Of a DNA stretch of 64,000 bases, positions 1-13,097 are shown piece after piece. This DNA comes from Dietzia sp. (GTDB lineage: Bacteria; Actinomycetota; Actinomycetes; Mycobacteriales; Mycobacteriaceae). How positions within the stretch are numbered: the first letter of the stretch is position 1; each line of letters opens with the position of its first letter. The position numbers and the translations under genes were made by a program. The notes beneath the pieces are model-generated. The model was not told the origin of the DNA and made no database searches. It saw only the letters and a program-made list of their open reading frames with translations. The DNA lies in NCBI GenBank assembly GCA_046292305.1, contig JBKBRA010000010.1, positions 5,709 to 69,708 on the forward strand, given 5' to 3'.

Positions 1-139
1 GTGCATGCGCGTCGACGACGGCGACACCGCCATCACCGACGAGGTTCGCCTCGACGGACCGTCCCTCCTGCGGGTGGTCTCGGTGGTCACCGACGGGGTG
101 TACGCCTCCCGCTACCTCTACCGCTACGGAAGGGACTGA
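1..139 (+). CDS. 3' end of a hypothetical protein (partial, runs in from the left edge)
   Basis: Frame 2 is open from the edge with GC3-rich codons (CMRVDDGDTAITDEVRLDGPSLLRVVSVVTDGVYASRYLYRYGRD) to TGA at 137-139. Confidence 0.6.
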   Translation, partial: CMRVDDGDTAITDEVRLDGPSLLRVVSVVTDGVYASRYLYRYGRD

Positions 140-181
140 GCCGCGCCACCCCCGGCGGCTCGCAGCGGGGATGAGGCGTGA

Positions 182-1018
182 ATGGACCTGACCGGCGAGT
201 TCGAACACGAGCGGCCCAGACTCACGCGGATAGCGGCGCGCGTACTCGGTGATCCGGCCGAAGCCGAGGACGCGGTTCAGCAGGCGTGGCTGCGCTTGGC
301 GAGGACCGACGTCTCCGCCGTGGACAACCTGCCGGGTTGACTCACCACCGTCGTCACCAGGGTGTGTCTGGACCGTCTCAAGGCGGCGGTGCCGGAGCCC
401 CACGAGCCCACCGACCGGGTGGGTACCTATCCCGACCCGGCCGAGGAGGTGGCCCTCGCCGACTCGGTGGGGTCGGCTCTGCACCTGGTGCTCGACCGCT
501 TGACCCCGGCCGAGCGGGTGGCGTTGGTCCTGCACGACTCGTTCGCGGTCGACTTCGCCACCATCGCCGCGATCCTGGACTGCACCCCGGCCGCCGCCCG
601 CAAGCACGCGTCGAGGGCACGGTCGAAGGTCGCCGCGCCGCCGGACGGGCAGGGATCGGCGGACTGGCACGTGGTGGACGCGTTCCTCTCCGCAGCCAGG
701 GACGGCGAGTTCTCCCGTCTGCTCGCACTCCTCGCACCGGACGTGGTGGTGGCCGGCGACCCGGTCGCGGTGGGACTCGGCACCCCCGCACGAATCGAGG
801 GCCGTGGCGCGGTGGCGGAGTTCTTCGACGGCGCCGCGGCCGCCGCGTTGCCGGTGTTCGTCCACGGCCGGCCGGGCGCGGCGTGGTTCGACCGCGGAGT
901 GGCCCGCGTCGCGTTCGACTTCCGCGTCTCGGGCGGAGTGGTGACGCGCATCGACTTCCGCGCCGAACAGCAGTCGCTGGAGACGGTCAGCCGCCGGCGG
1001 GACGGCGATCGGCGCTGA
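182..1018 (+). pseudogene. ECF41/SigJ-family sigma-70 factor with SnoaL-like C-terminal extension, interrupted by an in-frame TGA
   Basis: ATG 182 reads MDLTGEFEHERPRLTRIAARVLGDPAEAEDAVQQAWLRL..NLPG*LTTVVTRVCLDRL. TGA at 338-340 replaces the conserved region-2 Trp. The same frame continues as ORF 362..1018 with region 4 (ERVALVLHDSF..AARKHASRAR) and a SnoaL-like tail (VVDAFLSAARDG..LLAPDVV). Confidence 0.85.
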
Positions 1019-1033
1019 CCCCGACCCCGGATC

Positions 1034-1060
1034 GGTCACATCTCCGGCCCGCCGCTCGTC
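1034..1060 (+). promoter_or_regulatory. ECF41-type promoter (GGTCACA-N16-CGTC)
   Basis: GGTCACA 1034-1040, 16-nt spacer, CGTC 1057-1060. One mismatch to the ECF41 consensus TGTCACA-N16-CGTC, and it lies directly behind an ECF41 gene. Confidence 0.75.
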
Positions 1061-1112
1061 ATCATGGTGAGGAGCGCACACCGCGCGACCCGTACTCGGG
1101 AGGAACGATCCC

Positions 1113-1349
1113 ATGAAGACCATGACCTGCAGAGACCTCGGTGGCCCCTGCGACCTCGCCCATCGCGGCGAGACCGCGGACGACGTGATCAACGCCCAGG
1201 ACGCCCACCTGAAGGAGTTCGTCAAGGCGGGAGACGAGGCGCACGGTCCCGCGCGGAAGGAGATGAAGGGGCGGTGGATGCGGCCCCGGCAGGCGCTCGG
1301 GTGGTACAACGACGTCAAGACCCGCTTCGCCGAACTTCCGGAGGACTGA
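1113..1349 (+). CDS. DUF1059-family small putative metal-binding protein
   Basis: MKTMTCRDLGGPCD..GETADDVI..H..H pattern; GGAGG RBS upstream. Confidence 0.85.
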   Translation: MKTMTCRDLGGPCDLAHRGETADDVINAQDAHLKEFVKAGDEAHGPARKEMKGRWMRPRQALGWYNDVKTRFAELPED

Positions 1350-1427
1350 CGGGTTCTCTTCTCCGTCCCCTCTAGGTCTCCACGTCGCCCGTCCTCGAGT
1401 CGACCGTCTCCACGTCGCCGTTCGGCC

Positions 1428-2756
1428 TCAGGCTCCGGCCTGTTCGATCGCGGCGGCCAGTGAGAGGAGTGTCGCCTCCGAACCGGGCCGACCGACGAGC
1501 TGCACCGAGGTGGGCAGGTCCCGGCCTGCCGGCGTCGCGGTCCGACCACACGGCACGGACATCGCGGGCCAGCCGAGCACGTTGGCCAGTGGGGTGAACG
1601 GGGAGAACCGCATCGACGCCCAGAGCGAGCGCCCCCACGAACGCCTGTGCCACTCGGTGGCCTCGGGCGGCACGTCGGCCAGCGCCGGGGTGAGCCACAC
1701 GTCCACTCCGGCGGTGTCCATCGCCCGCTCGACGTCCGCGCGCAACGCGGCGGTCGCCCGGTTCCACCTGGTGTCCCCGTCGCCTGCGCCGCCGTGTCGG
1801 AACACGGTGCGGCCCAGCAGGGCGTGGTGTCGGGTGCGGCGCTCCATCGCCGAGAGCGGGAGGTTCTCGTCCTCGGCGGCGCGGGCCACCGCAGAGGTCC
1901 ACCGCGCAAGGTAGAGCACCGGGTCGCGAGGAGACGGCAGGGGGGTGTCGACGACGTGCAGATCGCGGGCCCGGAGGAGATCCGCAGCCTCCCGGGCCGC
2001 CCGCGTCCACGGCTCCCGGACACGCACGAGATCCCGTCCGAGCCGGATCGGGCTGGTCGTGGACAGGCCCACGCGCGTGCCGCCGGGCACGGGTCCGACG
2101 GACGCGAGTTCCGGTCGCCCGGCCATCACGGACAGCGCGAGGGCCACGTCGTCGACGCTCCGGGCCAGGGGCCCCGACTCCGCCAGCCGCCCCCAGTTGT
2201 CGCCGGACAACCGGGTGGGGATCACTCCCGGTCCGGGCTTGATCGTGACGATCCCGCAGGCGGCGGCGGGGATCCGCAGGGAGCCCATCCCGTCGTCACC
2301 CACCGCGAGCGGGACCATCCCTGAGGCGACCGCCGCGGCCGAACCCCCGGAGGATCCGCCCGCGGACAGGGACTCGTCGTGGGGGTTGCGGGTGATGCCG
2401 TGCAGCTCGGAGTCCGTCATGCCCCAGGTGCACAGCTGGGGCGCCGCGGTGATCCCCACCGGCACCGCGCCGGCCGCCAGCAGGGGCGCGATCGCCGGAT
2501 TGTCGAGGGACACGGTGCTCTTGATGGCCAGGGGAACCCCGGCCAGGGGCAGTCCGGACCGTTCGGACTCCTCCCGTGCGTCCACCGCGGCCGCGGCGGA
2601 ACGGCCGTCCGCCTCCGACAGTGTGGTGAAGGCACGGAGCACCGGATCCAGGCGGGCGATCCGTTCGAGAGCGGCGTCGAGGGCCTGCGTCGCGGTGCCG
2701 GCACCGGACCGCACCGCCTCTGCGGTCCGCGTCGCGGGGGGAGTGGGGGTGGTCAC
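1428..2756 (-). CDS. Amidase-signature family protein
   Basis: [23 protein letters not shown] and [16 protein letters not shown] motifs; start trimmed to GTG 2756. Confidence 0.85.
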   Translation of the reverse strand: MTTPTPPATRTAEAVRSGAGTATQALDAALERIARLDPVLRAFTTLSEADGRSAAAAVDAREESERSGLPLAGVPLAIKSTVSLDNPAIAPLLAAGAVPVGITAAPQLCTWGMTDSELHGITRNPHDESLSAGGSSGGSAAAVASGMVPLAVGDDGMGSLRIPAAACGIVTIKPGPGVIPTRLSGDNWGRLAESGPLARSVDDVALALSVMAGRPELASVGPVPGGTRVGLSTTSPIRLGRDLVRVREPWTRAAREAADLLRARDLHVVDTPLPSPRDPVLYLARWTSAVARAAEDENLPLSAMERRTRHHALLGRTVFRHGGAGDGDTRWNRATAALRADVERAMDTAGVDVWLTPALADVPPEATEWHRRSWGRSLWASMRFSPFTPLANVLGWPAMSVPCGRTATPAGRDLPTSVQLVGRPGSEATLLSLAAAIEQAGA

Positions 2757-2922
2757 GACCTCGATGGTACGGGGCGGATACGACACGGCCGTCTGTCCGC
2801 CCACGGCGATCAGCGCGGTCGGCTGTCGGGCTCCGCAGGTAGCCTGGGTCGACAAGCGACGACGTCGGTCGCATCACGAGGTCCGCCGACCGGCGGGGCC
2901 GTCCTTCGCACACGAGGACCGA

Positions 2923-5376
<2,454 letters not shown>

Positions 5377-5409
5377 CCCTCCGGTCGGTCTCGTGCGAGA
5401 AGAGGACTG

Positions 5410-6033
5410 ATGACGACCCCTGACCACATTCCCGCGGCGGACACCCGGTCGGTGTCCACGGGCCGGGTGTTCGATGCCGAGCGTGCCGAGTCCGCGATCC
5501 GGGAACTACTGATCGCCGTGGGCGAGGACCCGGAGCGCGAGGGCCTCCGGGACACCCCGGCACGCGTGGCCCGCGCGTACCGCGAGGTGTTCGCGGGGAT
5601 GTACACCGACCCGTCCGAGGTGTTGTCCAAGACCTTTGACGAGGACCACCGCGAACTGGTCCTGGTGCGTGACATCCCCATCTACTCGACCTGCGAGCAC
5701 CACCTGGTGCCCTTCCACGGGGTGGCCCACATCGGGTACATCCCGGGTCGCTCGGGCGCTGTCACCGGGCTGAGCAAGCTCGCCCGGCTCGTCGATCTCT
5801 ATGCCAAGCGGCCCCAGGTCCAGGAGCGCCTGACCAGTCAGGTGGCCGACGCCCTGGTGTCCAAGCTCGACCCGTCCGGCGTCCTCGTCGTCATCGAGTG
5901 CGAGCACCTGTGCATGAGCATGCGCGGCATCCGTAAACCGGGATCGGTCACCACCACCTCCGCCGTCAGGGGCAGCATGCGCACCAATGCGTCCACCAGG
6001 GCGGAGGCGCTCGGCCTCCTGCGCGGTACGTGA
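5410..6033 (+). CDS. folE: GTP cyclohydrolase I
   Basis: [24 protein letters not shown] and HLCMSMRG motifs. Confidence 0.97.
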   Translation: MTTPDHIPAADTRSVSTGRVFDAERAESAIRELLIAVGEDPEREGLRDTPARVARAYREVFAGMYTDPSEVLSKTFDEDHRELVLVRDIPIYSTCEHHLVPFHGVAHIGYIPGRSGAVTGLSKLARLVDLYAKRPQVQERLTSQVADALVSKLDPSGVLVVIECEHLCMSMRGIRKPGSVTTTSAVRGSMRTNASTRAEALGLLRGT

Positions 6034-6917
6034 GTCGCCAGTCAGCCCCACCGCGCCCGGCCGCACTGCCACGTCCGGGCCGCTGCGCGGTGATGGGCAT
6101 CGTCAACGTCACGGAGGACTCGTTCTCCGACGGCGGGCGTCACCTCGCCCCGGAGGCCGCCCTCACCCATGCGCGTCGCCTCGTCTCCGAAGGCGCTGAC
6201 CTCCTCGACGTCGGCGGGGAGTCCACGAGACCGGGGGCCATCCGCGTCGACCGATCCGACGAGGCGGGCCGGGTGATCCCACTGGTCCGGGCGCTCGTCG
6301 AGGACGGGGTCACGGTCTCGGTCGACACCATGCGGGCCTCGGTGGCCACAGAGGCACTCGAGGCGGGGGCGGGGATCATCAACGACGTCTCGGGAGGTCT
6401 CGCCGATTCGGAGATGCTCCACGTCGTCGCCGACCACCACTGCCCCGTGGTGCTCATGCACTGGGTGTCGCCGGACCAGTACCGGGCGGGCGCCGGCGGC
6501 CGCGCCGACTACGGCGGGGACGTCGTGACCTCGGTTCGCGACCACCTCGCGCGCCGAGCCGACGCGGCAGTGGCCGCAGGCGTGGACGCGGACTCGATCG
6601 TGGTGGACCCCGGCCTGGGGTTCGCCAAGGACGCCGCTGACAACTGGGCGCTGCTCCACGGACTCGACGTTCTCGCCGACCTGGGGTTCCCGGTGCTGGT
6701 GGCAGCCTCGCGAAAGCGGTTTCTCGGTTCGCTCCTGGCGGATACCGGCGGGGTGCCACGCGGTGTGGCCGACCGCGATCCGGCCACCGCTGCCATCACC
6801 GCACTGGCGGCGGCGGCCGGGGCGTGGGCGGTGCGCGTCCACGACGTCCCGCCCAGCGCCGATGCGGTACGCGTGACCGCCGCGTGGTCGGCCGGAGGGG
6901 TGGAGCAGGACCGATGA
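6030..6917 (+). CDS. folP: Dihydropteroate synthase
   Basis: [36 protein letters not shown] and VRVHDV motifs. Confidence 0.96.
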   Translation: MSRQSAPPRPAALPRPGRCAVMGIVNVTEDSFSDGGRHLAPEAALTHARRLVSEGADLLDVGGESTRPGAIRVDRSDEAGRVIPLVRALVEDGVTVSVDTMRASVATEALEAGAGIINDVSGGLADSEMLHVVADHHCPVVLMHWVSPDQYRAGAGGRADYGGDVVTSVRDHLARRADAAVAAGVDADSIVVDPGLGFAKDAADNWALLHGLDVLADLGFPVLVAASRKRFLGSLLADTGGVPRGVADRDPATAAITALAAAAGAWAVRVHDVPPSADAVRVTAAWSAGGVEQDR

Positions 6918-7309
6918 CGGATCGTATCGAACTGAGAGGCCTGCGGGTCCGGGGGAACCACGGTGTCTTCGAGCACGAGAGACGCGACGGCCAGGACTTC
7001 CTCGTGGACGTGGTCCTGTGGACCGACTTCACCGCGGCGGCCGCGTCCGACGACCTCGCCGACACGGTCGACTACGGCGCGCTGGCACTGTTCGCCCGAG
7101 ACGTGGTGTCCGGGGAGCCCCGCGACCTGATCGAGACGGTGGCCTCGCAGATCGCAGACGGGATCATGGACCTCGCTCCCCACGCGCACGCGGTCGAGGT
7201 GACACTGCACAAGCCGCAGGCCCCCATCCCGGCCGAGTTCGCGGACGTCGCGGTGGTGGCGCGACGCTCGCGCAGGGGCGGACGCGACCAGACGGGTGGA
7301 GGCCGGTGA
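6914..7309 (+). CDS. folB: Dihydroneopterin aldolase
   Basis: [39 protein letters not shown]; ATGA overlap with folP. Confidence 0.95.
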   Translation: MTDRIELRGLRVRGNHGVFEHERRDGQDFLVDVVLWTDFTAAAASDDLADTVDYGALALFARDVVSGEPRDLIETVASQIADGIMDLAPHAHAVEVTLHKPQAPIPAEFADVAVVARRSRRGGRDQTGGGR

Positions 7310-7830
7310 GCTGCCGGGCTGTGCTGTCGATCGGCGGGAACCAGGGCGATTCGCTCGCGCTGCTCCGCGGTGTGGTCGCCGCCGCAGCCGGGGACGGGAT
7401 CCTCCGCCGGGTCTCGTCGGTCTACGCGACCCCTCCGTGGGGCGGGGTGGAGCAGGACGACTTCCTCAACGCGGCCCTCGTCGTCGAACACCCCGGTTCC
7501 CCGCGCGACGTGCTCGAATGGGGATTCGCGCGGGAGCGCGCCGCCGGCCGCACACGTGCGGTCCGGTGGGGGCCGAGGTCGCTCGACGTGGACGTGGTGT
7601 CCGCGGAGGTGGACGGGACGCCGGTGAGCTCCCGGGACGAGACCCTCACCCTGCCCCACCCGCGCGCAGCCGAGCGCTCGTTCGTCCTCGTCCCGTGGTC
7701 GGAGATCGAGCCGGGGGCCCGGCTGGACGGGATCGCGCTCTCCGTGCACCTGGGTGCCCTCGACCCCGCCGAGGTGGCAGCGGTCCGCCGCACGGGCGAC
7801 CAGCTGGCCCCCGAAGGGTGGGTCCGCTGA
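7306..7830 (+). CDS. folK: 6-hydroxymethyl-7,8-dihydropterin diphosphokinase
   Basis: [29 protein letters not shown] and [13 protein letters not shown] motifs; GTGA overlap with folB. Confidence 0.95.
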   Translation: MSCRAVLSIGGNQGDSLALLRGVVAAAAGDGILRRVSSVYATPPWGGVEQDDFLNAALVVEHPGSPRDVLEWGFARERAAGRTRAVRWGPRSLDVDVVSAEVDGTPVSSRDETLTLPHPRAAERSFVLVPWSEIEPGARLDGIALSVHLGALDPAEVAAVRRTGDQLAPEGWVR

Positions 7831-7831
7831 C

Positions 7832-8308
7832 ATGGCTCGCATCGCGGTGTCGACTCTCATCCTGATCGCGCTCGTCGCCGGTGTGGCCGCCTACTTCCTG
7901 ACCGGTTCGCTACTGGGGTCACTGCCTCCCATCGGGTGGGGATGGGTCACGCTGCTGGTGGTGGCGTTGATCGACGTGCTGCTGGCGCTCCGGATCCGAT
8001 CTGCACTCTCCGACGGCGGGGTCGGGCAGGACCGCAGCCAGATGCACCCGCTGACGATCGCGCGGTGCGCGGCCCTCGGTCAGGCGTCGGCGGTCCTCGG
8101 GGCCGCCGCCGGAGGCCTTGGGACCGGGCTCGCCCTCTACTTCCTCCCGAGGCTGGGGGAGTTGGCGGCGGCCGGCGACGAGTTGCCGGCGTCCGTGGCG
8201 GTGCTGGTGTCCGGTGCGCTACTCGTGGGGGCCGGATTGTTCCTCGAGTCGGCGTGTGAGACCCCGCCCTCCGACGACGACGTCGGGGGACTGGCCCAGC
8301 CGACCTGA
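7832..8308 (+). CDS. DUF3180 membrane protein (Rv3605c-like)
   Basis: Four hydrophobic helices, HPLTIAR..ALGQAS and LFLESACETP motifs; syntenic after folK. Confidence 0.85.
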   Translation: MARIAVSTLILIALVAGVAAYFLTGSLLGSLPPIGWGWVTLLVVALIDVLLALRIRSALSDGGVGQDRSQMHPLTIARCAALGQASAVLGAAAGGLGTGLALYFLPRLGELAAAGDELPASVAVLVSGALLVGAGLFLESACETPPSDDDVGGLAQPT

Positions 8309-8399
8309 GCGAATCGAGTGGCGATCAGTCAGCGGCCTTATGGAGGAACACGCGCTGGTTACCCGTGTGACTAGTGGTTCTCTGGGTATCATGCGGTGC

Positions 8400-9512
8400 A
8401 TGAGTTCCGACGGCGCGATGGACAAGCCCCGATCCGTGCGCCCTGTACGCGGGGACGACCGCGGCCTGGCGGGCATCGCTCTCGGGGCCCTCCTGGTGCT
8501 GGCGCTCATCGCGACCGTGGTGATGGTCTTCTCCGACGACCCGGTGTGGATGCGGATCGGCACCCTCTCGGCGCTGTGGGCGGCGTTCATCGGGGCGTTT
8601 CTCGTGGCTCGTTACCGGAGGCAGGCCGCGGCCGAGGCCGCTCGGGTCCGCGACCTGCACACCGTGTACGAACTGCAACTGGAGCGCGAGATCTCCGCTC
8701 GTCGCGAGCACGAGCTCGTGGTGGAGAAGGATCTTCGCGACTCAGTGCGCGCGGAGACCTCGGGCTCCATCCACGCACTTCGCAACGAGATCGCCGCGTT
8801 GCGGGAGCAGCTCGGGCAGATGGGCGTCACCCTGACCGACGACCGACTCGCCGTGGGCGGTGACACCGCCGCCGGGGAGCTCGGCGCCGGTTCGTCCCTG
8901 CCGTCTGTGCCGTCCGAGCGGGTCGAACCCCGCCGACGAGCTCCGGAATCCACCCTGACCCCCACGGCCGGCACCTATTCGACGGGTCGAGCGTCGAGTG
9001 CCCCCTCGTCGGTCACCTCGGAGTCGTCGACCTCTTCGAAAACGTCGACCTCCCCCGATACGTCGACCACCTCCGGTACGGTCCGACCCTGGTCGTCCAC
9101 GCCCGAGCCGACCGTCACGGGCGTCGGACGAGATGTCACACCGAGTACTGAGCGCACCGAAAAGCTCTCGCCTGTCGACGCGGAGAAGGCCCGTCCCACC
9201 GATTCGCAGGCCGACAAGCCGCGCGGCCCGGCGGTTCGCCCCGCCGGTCGTTCGAGGTCGGAGTCCCGGATGCAGCCCGAGCCGCAGAAGCAGTCCGAGC
9301 CGCAGAAGCGCCCCTCGCCCGCGCCCACGCCGGAACCCGCGCCGGAGCCCGCACCGAAGCGTGCACCGAAGACCGAGCCCGCTGCCGCAGAGTCCGCGCC
9401 GCACAGCCGTCACGGCGAGGGGGGCGGCCTGTCCGTCGCCGAGCTCATGGCGCGTCTGGGCGGTGACGACTCACCCGGTGGTGGCCGTCGCCACCGCCAC
9501 TCCGCTGACTGA
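8400..9512 (+). CDS. DUF6779/Rv3604c-like membrane protein with a long disordered Ser/Thr/Pro-rich region
   Basis: Two TMs, ALWAAFIGAF, VYELQLEREISARREHEL coiled coil, GLSVAELMARL..GGGRRHR tail. Confidence 0.8.
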   Translation: MSSDGAMDKPRSVRPVRGDDRGLAGIALGALLVLALIATVVMVFSDDPVWMRIGTLSALWAAFIGAFLVARYRRQAAAEAARVRDLHTVYELQLEREISARREHELVVEKDLRDSVRAETSGSIHALRNEIAALREQLGQMGVTLTDDRLAVGGDTAAGELGAGSSLPSVPSERVEPRRRAPESTLTPTAGTYSTGRASSAPSSVTSESSTSSKTSTSPDTSTTSGTVRPWSSTPEPTVTGVGRDVTPSTERTEKLSPVDAEKARPTDSQADKPRGPAVRPAGRSRSESRMQPEPQKQSEPQKRPSPAPTPEPAPEPAPKRAPKTEPAAAESAPHSRHGEGGGLSVAELMARLGGDDSPGGGRRHRHSAD

Positions 9513-9640
9513 AACATCGTCCTGGGCCCGACCGCGACAGAGCACGGATGTCGGGGCTGCCGGAGCCGCGACATCCTCGCCGCGGGGGCCGAGATCTGCG
9601 CCCGCCCCGATCGGCTGCTGCCCCGATCTGCCCCAGTCGC

Positions 9641-9710
9641 GATCTGCCCCTCGGATATCGATATGCCCCCGGAGGTACGGGGGCATATGCGAAACGGAGG
9701 GGCGGATTTC
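9641..9710. repeat. Long intergenic imperfect palindrome (REP-like hairpin)
   Basis: ATATGCCCCCG 9661-9671 pairs with CGGGGGCATAT 9678-9688; outer arms ATCTGCCCCTC 9642-9652 and GAGGGGCGGAT 9697-9707. Confidence 0.7.
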
Positions 9711-9904
9711 TCGAGACAGCGCACTGACGGTCGGGTGGCGCAGATGCCCGCCGCCCTCGAGCCGGTAGCGGCGTCTCGAGCCAGGGATGTGAGGTACGCC
9801 ACTCGGGCGTGCTGTTGGCGGTGAGTGCGACTACTCTCGCCCCCGAGATGTCCGGGACCCACCATGTGAGCGGGCCTGGAACGGATCGAGCACTGGAGTA
9901 CCTC

Positions 9905-10861
9905 ATGATGTCCGAATTCGGCGTCACCGGAACACCCCCTGCCCGCCTGTCCGTCGGACTGGTGTCCGCAGGCCGCGTGGGCACGGCGATCGGCGCGGCG
10001 CTGGAACGCCGTGGACACGTCGTCTCGGCGGTCGTCGCCAGGTCCGAGCGTTCGCGCGACCTCGCCTCCCGTCGTCTGCCGGACGCCCGAATCTGTGATC
10101 CGGTCGCGGTCGCCGAGGCTGGGGAGCTGCTGATCCTGGCGGTACCCGACAAGGCGCTTCCCGGAGTGGTCGCGGAACTGGCCGCCGCCGACGCCTTCCG
10201 CCCCGGCCACATCGTGGTCCACGTCGCGGGCGCGGTAGGCGCGGACGTTCTCCGCCCCGCGGCGGACGCCGGCGCGGTCGTGGTGGCGGCCCACCCCGCG
10301 ATGACCTTCACGGGTGGCGATTCGGACATCCAGCGCATGGAGGGATGCTCGTGGGCGCTGACCTCCCCGGACGAGGTCGGCCTGGTCGTCGGTCAGATGC
10401 TCGTGATGGAGACCGGTGGTCTGCCCGTCACCGTCGCCGAATCCCACCGGGCGCTCTACCACGCGGCACTCGCGCACGGTGCCAACCACCTCGTCACGCT
10501 GATCAACGACGCCGCCGAGGCGCTCGCGGCGTCGTTCTCGGTCCTGCCCGGTGGCGGGGTCGAGGGTGACCCGGACGGGATGCTCGGTTCAGACGCCGGG
10601 GCGCTCGCCCGCCGAACCCTCGAGCCGCTGCTGCGGGCGGCGCTGGACAACGTCCTGGCCTCCGGGGACTCGGCGCTGACCGGCCCCGTCATGCGTGGCG
10701 ACGCGGTGACCGTGTCGCGCCACCTCGACGCACTCGAGGACGCGGACAGCGGAATCGCCGCCGGCTACCGCGCGCTCGCGCTGCGGACGGCGGACCGGTG
10801 TGGTGCCGGCCGCGACGTCACCGACCTCCTGGCCCCCGATCTGACGGAGCAACTTCGATGA
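9905..10861 (+). CDS. Rossmann-like + DUF2520 oxidoreductase (Rv3603c-like; PanG-type ketopantoate reductase candidate)
   Basis: [35 protein letters not shown] and LTGPVMRGD motifs; first gene of the pan operon. Confidence 0.85.
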   Translation: MMSEFGVTGTPPARLSVGLVSAGRVGTAIGAALERRGHVVSAVVARSERSRDLASRRLPDARICDPVAVAEAGELLILAVPDKALPGVVAELAAADAFRPGHIVVHVAGAVGADVLRPAADAGAVVVAAHPAMTFTGGDSDIQRMEGCSWALTSPDEVGLVVGQMLVMETGGLPVTVAESHRALYHAALAHGANHLVTLINDAAEALAASFSVLPGGGVEGDPDGMLGSDAGALARRTLEPLLRAALDNVLASGDSALTGPVMRGDAVTVSRHLDALEDADSGIAAGYRALALRTADRCGAGRDVTDLLAPDLTEQLR

Positions 10862-11844
10862 CCACCTCGACCTACGCCGTGCGCACGGCGGTCCCGGGAC
10901 GGCCGGGCACCGGCTACACCCGGGGCGAGCTGACCGTCCACCACGAGCCATCGGCGCTGCACGCGGTCACCGAATCGCTGCGCAAGGTCGGCAAGCAGAT
11001 CACCTTCGTCCCGACGATGGGTGCGCTGCACGAGGGGCATCTCGCGCTGGTCGAGGCCGCCCGTCGGACCCCCGGCTCGGTCGTGGTGGCGTCGATCTTC
11101 GTCAACCCGCTCCAGTTCGGGCCCGGTGAGGACCTGGACGCCTACCCGCGCACCCTCGACGAGGACGTTGCCCGGCTCGCCGCGGCCGGAGTCGAGCTGG
11201 TCTTCGCCCCCAGCGCCACCGCGATGTATCCCGACGGGCCGCGGACCACCGTTCAGCCCGGACCGATGGGCGACATCCTCGACGGTGCCGCCCGCCCCGG
11301 CCACTTCGCCGGGATGCTCACCGTGGTGGCCAAGTTGCTCAACATCGTCTCTCCCCACCAGGCGTTCTTCGGGGAAAAGGACTACCAGCAGCTCGTGTTG
11401 ATCCGGCAGATGGTGGCCGATCTGGACATGGACGTCCGGGTGGTGGGTGTGCCCACCGTCCGCGAGTCCGACGGCCTGGCAATGAGTTCACGCAACCGCT
11501 ACCTGTCCGATGAGGAGCGGGAGTTGGCCACGACCCTCAACGCGGCGCTCGTGGCCGGGACGTTCGCGGCCAAGGGCGGTCGGCAGGCCGTGCTCGACGC
11601 CGCCCGGGCGGTCCTGGCGGAGCGACCGCAGATCTCGATCGACTACCTCGAACTCCGGGCCGGCGATCTCGGCGAGCCGCCGCAGGAGGGGCCGGGTCGG
11701 CTCCTCGTGGCGGCCCGGATCGGCTCCGCCCGCCTCATCGACAACGTCGGCGTGGCCATCGGCACGGGCTTCCTCGCCGCCGCCGAGGCGACCGTCGCCT
11801 CCCAGCAGGCCGAGCTGGCCGCAGACCTCCAGGAAGGCCTCTAG
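10858..11844 (+). CDS. panC: Pantoate--beta-alanine ligase
   Basis: [38 protein letters not shown] and RLIDN motifs. Confidence 0.97.
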   Translation: MTTSTYAVRTAVPGRPGTGYTRGELTVHHEPSALHAVTESLRKVGKQITFVPTMGALHEGHLALVEAARRTPGSVVVASIFVNPLQFGPGEDLDAYPRTLDEDVARLAAAGVELVFAPSATAMYPDGPRTTVQPGPMGDILDGAARPGHFAGMLTVVAKLLNIVSPHQAFFGEKDYQQLVLIRQMVADLDMDVRVVGVPTVRESDGLAMSSRNRYLSDEERELATTLNAALVAGTFAAKGGRQAVLDAARAVLAERPQISIDYLELRAGDLGEPPQEGPGRLLVAARIGSARLIDNVGVAIGTGFLAAAEATVASQQAELAADLQEGL

Positions 11845-12270
11845 ATGCAGCGCACCATGCTCCACTCCAAGATCCACCGGGCGACCGTGACCCAGGCCGA
11901 CCTGCACTACGTGGGTTCCTGCACCATCGACGCTGACCTGATGGACGCCGCGGACCTGCTCGAGGGGCAGCAGATCGACATCGTCGACATCGACAACGGC
12001 TCCCGCCTGACCACCTACGCCATCACGGGCGAGCGTGGCTCGGGGGTCATCAGCATCAACGGCGCGGCAGCGCACCTCGTGCATCCCGGCGATCTGGTGA
12101 TCATCATCGCCTACGGGGTGATGGAGGACGCCGAGGCGCGGACCTATCAGCCGCGGGTGGTGTTCGTGGACGAGCACAACCGGACGCTGACCGAGGGCAC
12201 TGATCCCGCGAACGTCCCCGAGGGGTCGGGTCTGAAGAATCCGCGCGTCCCCGAGCCCGTCACCGTCTAG
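11845..12270 (+). CDS. panD: Aspartate 1-decarboxylase
   Basis: [18 protein letters not shown] (Gly-Ser autocleavage site) and INGAAAH. Confidence 0.97.
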   Translation: MQRTMLHSKIHRATVTQADLHYVGSCTIDADLMDAADLLEGQQIDIVDIDNGSRLTTYAITGERGSGVISINGAAAHLVHPGDLVIIIAYGVMEDAEARTYQPRVVFVDEHNRTLTEGTDPANVPEGSGLKNPRVPEPVTV

Positions 12271-12286
12271 ATCCGGGGGTAGGGCC

Positions 12287-13057
12287 GTGCTTCTCACCGT
12301 CGACGTCGGCAACACCCACATCCGGCTCGGTGTCTTCCCCTCCGGGGGTGGTCCACTCGAGCGCACCTGGAGCATGCGGACGTCGCCGTCGGTGACCTCC
12401 GACGAGTTGGCGTTGACCATCCGGGGGTTGCTCGGGGAGTGCGCCGGGCGGCTCTCGGGCATCTCGGCGATGTCGGTGGTGCCCTCGGTGACCGGCGAAC
12501 TGCGCCGGATGGCCGCCGACTACTGGCCCGATCTGCGCGCAGTCGTGGTCGCGCCCGGTGTGAAGACCGGGGTTCCGTTGCTCGTGGACAATCCGCGGGA
12601 GGTGGGTTCCGACCGGGTGGTCAACGCCCTGGCCGCCCACACACTGTTCGAGGGCGCCGTCATCGTCGTCGACGTGGACACGGCGACGACCGTCGACGCC
12701 GTCTCCGCGCGTGGCGAGTTGCTCGGCGGTGCGATCGCTCCCGGGATCGACATCTCCGTGGACGCCCTGGCGGAACGCGCGGCTGCGCTGCGCAAGATCG
12801 AGGTGGTGCGGCCCCGGGGCGCGCTGGGTAAGAACACCGTCGCCGCGCTGCAGGCCGGGATCGTGATCGGGTTCGCCGGGCAGATCGATGCGCTCGTGGA
12901 CCGTCTACAGACCGATGTGGCCGACCTCGCCGACGCGAGCGTCGTGTTGACCGGCCTGCGTGCGGACGTGGTGGCGGAGGAGTCGCGGACCATCACCGAT
13001 GTCGAGCCCGAGCTGGCGCTCGAGGGGCTCCGACTGGTGTTCGAGAGGAACACCTGA
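12287..13057 (+). CDS. coaX: Type III pantothenate kinase
   Basis: LLTVDVGNT, SVVP, EVGSDR, TATTVD and GGAIAPG motifs. Confidence 0.93.
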   Translation: MLLTVDVGNTHIRLGVFPSGGGPLERTWSMRTSPSVTSDELALTIRGLLGECAGRLSGISAMSVVPSVTGELRRMAADYWPDLRAVVVAPGVKTGVPLLVDNPREVGSDRVVNALAAHTLFEGAVIVVDVDTATTVDAVSARGELLGGAIAPGIDISVDALAERAAALRKIEVVRPRGALGKNTVAALQAGIVIGFAGQIDALVDRLQTDVADLADASVVLTGLRADVVAEESRTITDVEPELALEGLRLVFERNT

Positions 13058-13097
13058 CTGACTCCACTGGCCCCGCGCCGGTGGCATGCTGTCCGCC

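Noticed and set aside
338-340. TGA as recoded Trp or selenocysteine
   Set aside because: TGA is the normal stop for many genes in this window, and the conserved residue is Trp rather than Cys
1945-2922. Apparent 326-aa N-terminal extension of FtsH
   Set aside because: It overlaps the antisense amidase; the real start is ATG 2923 with an RBS
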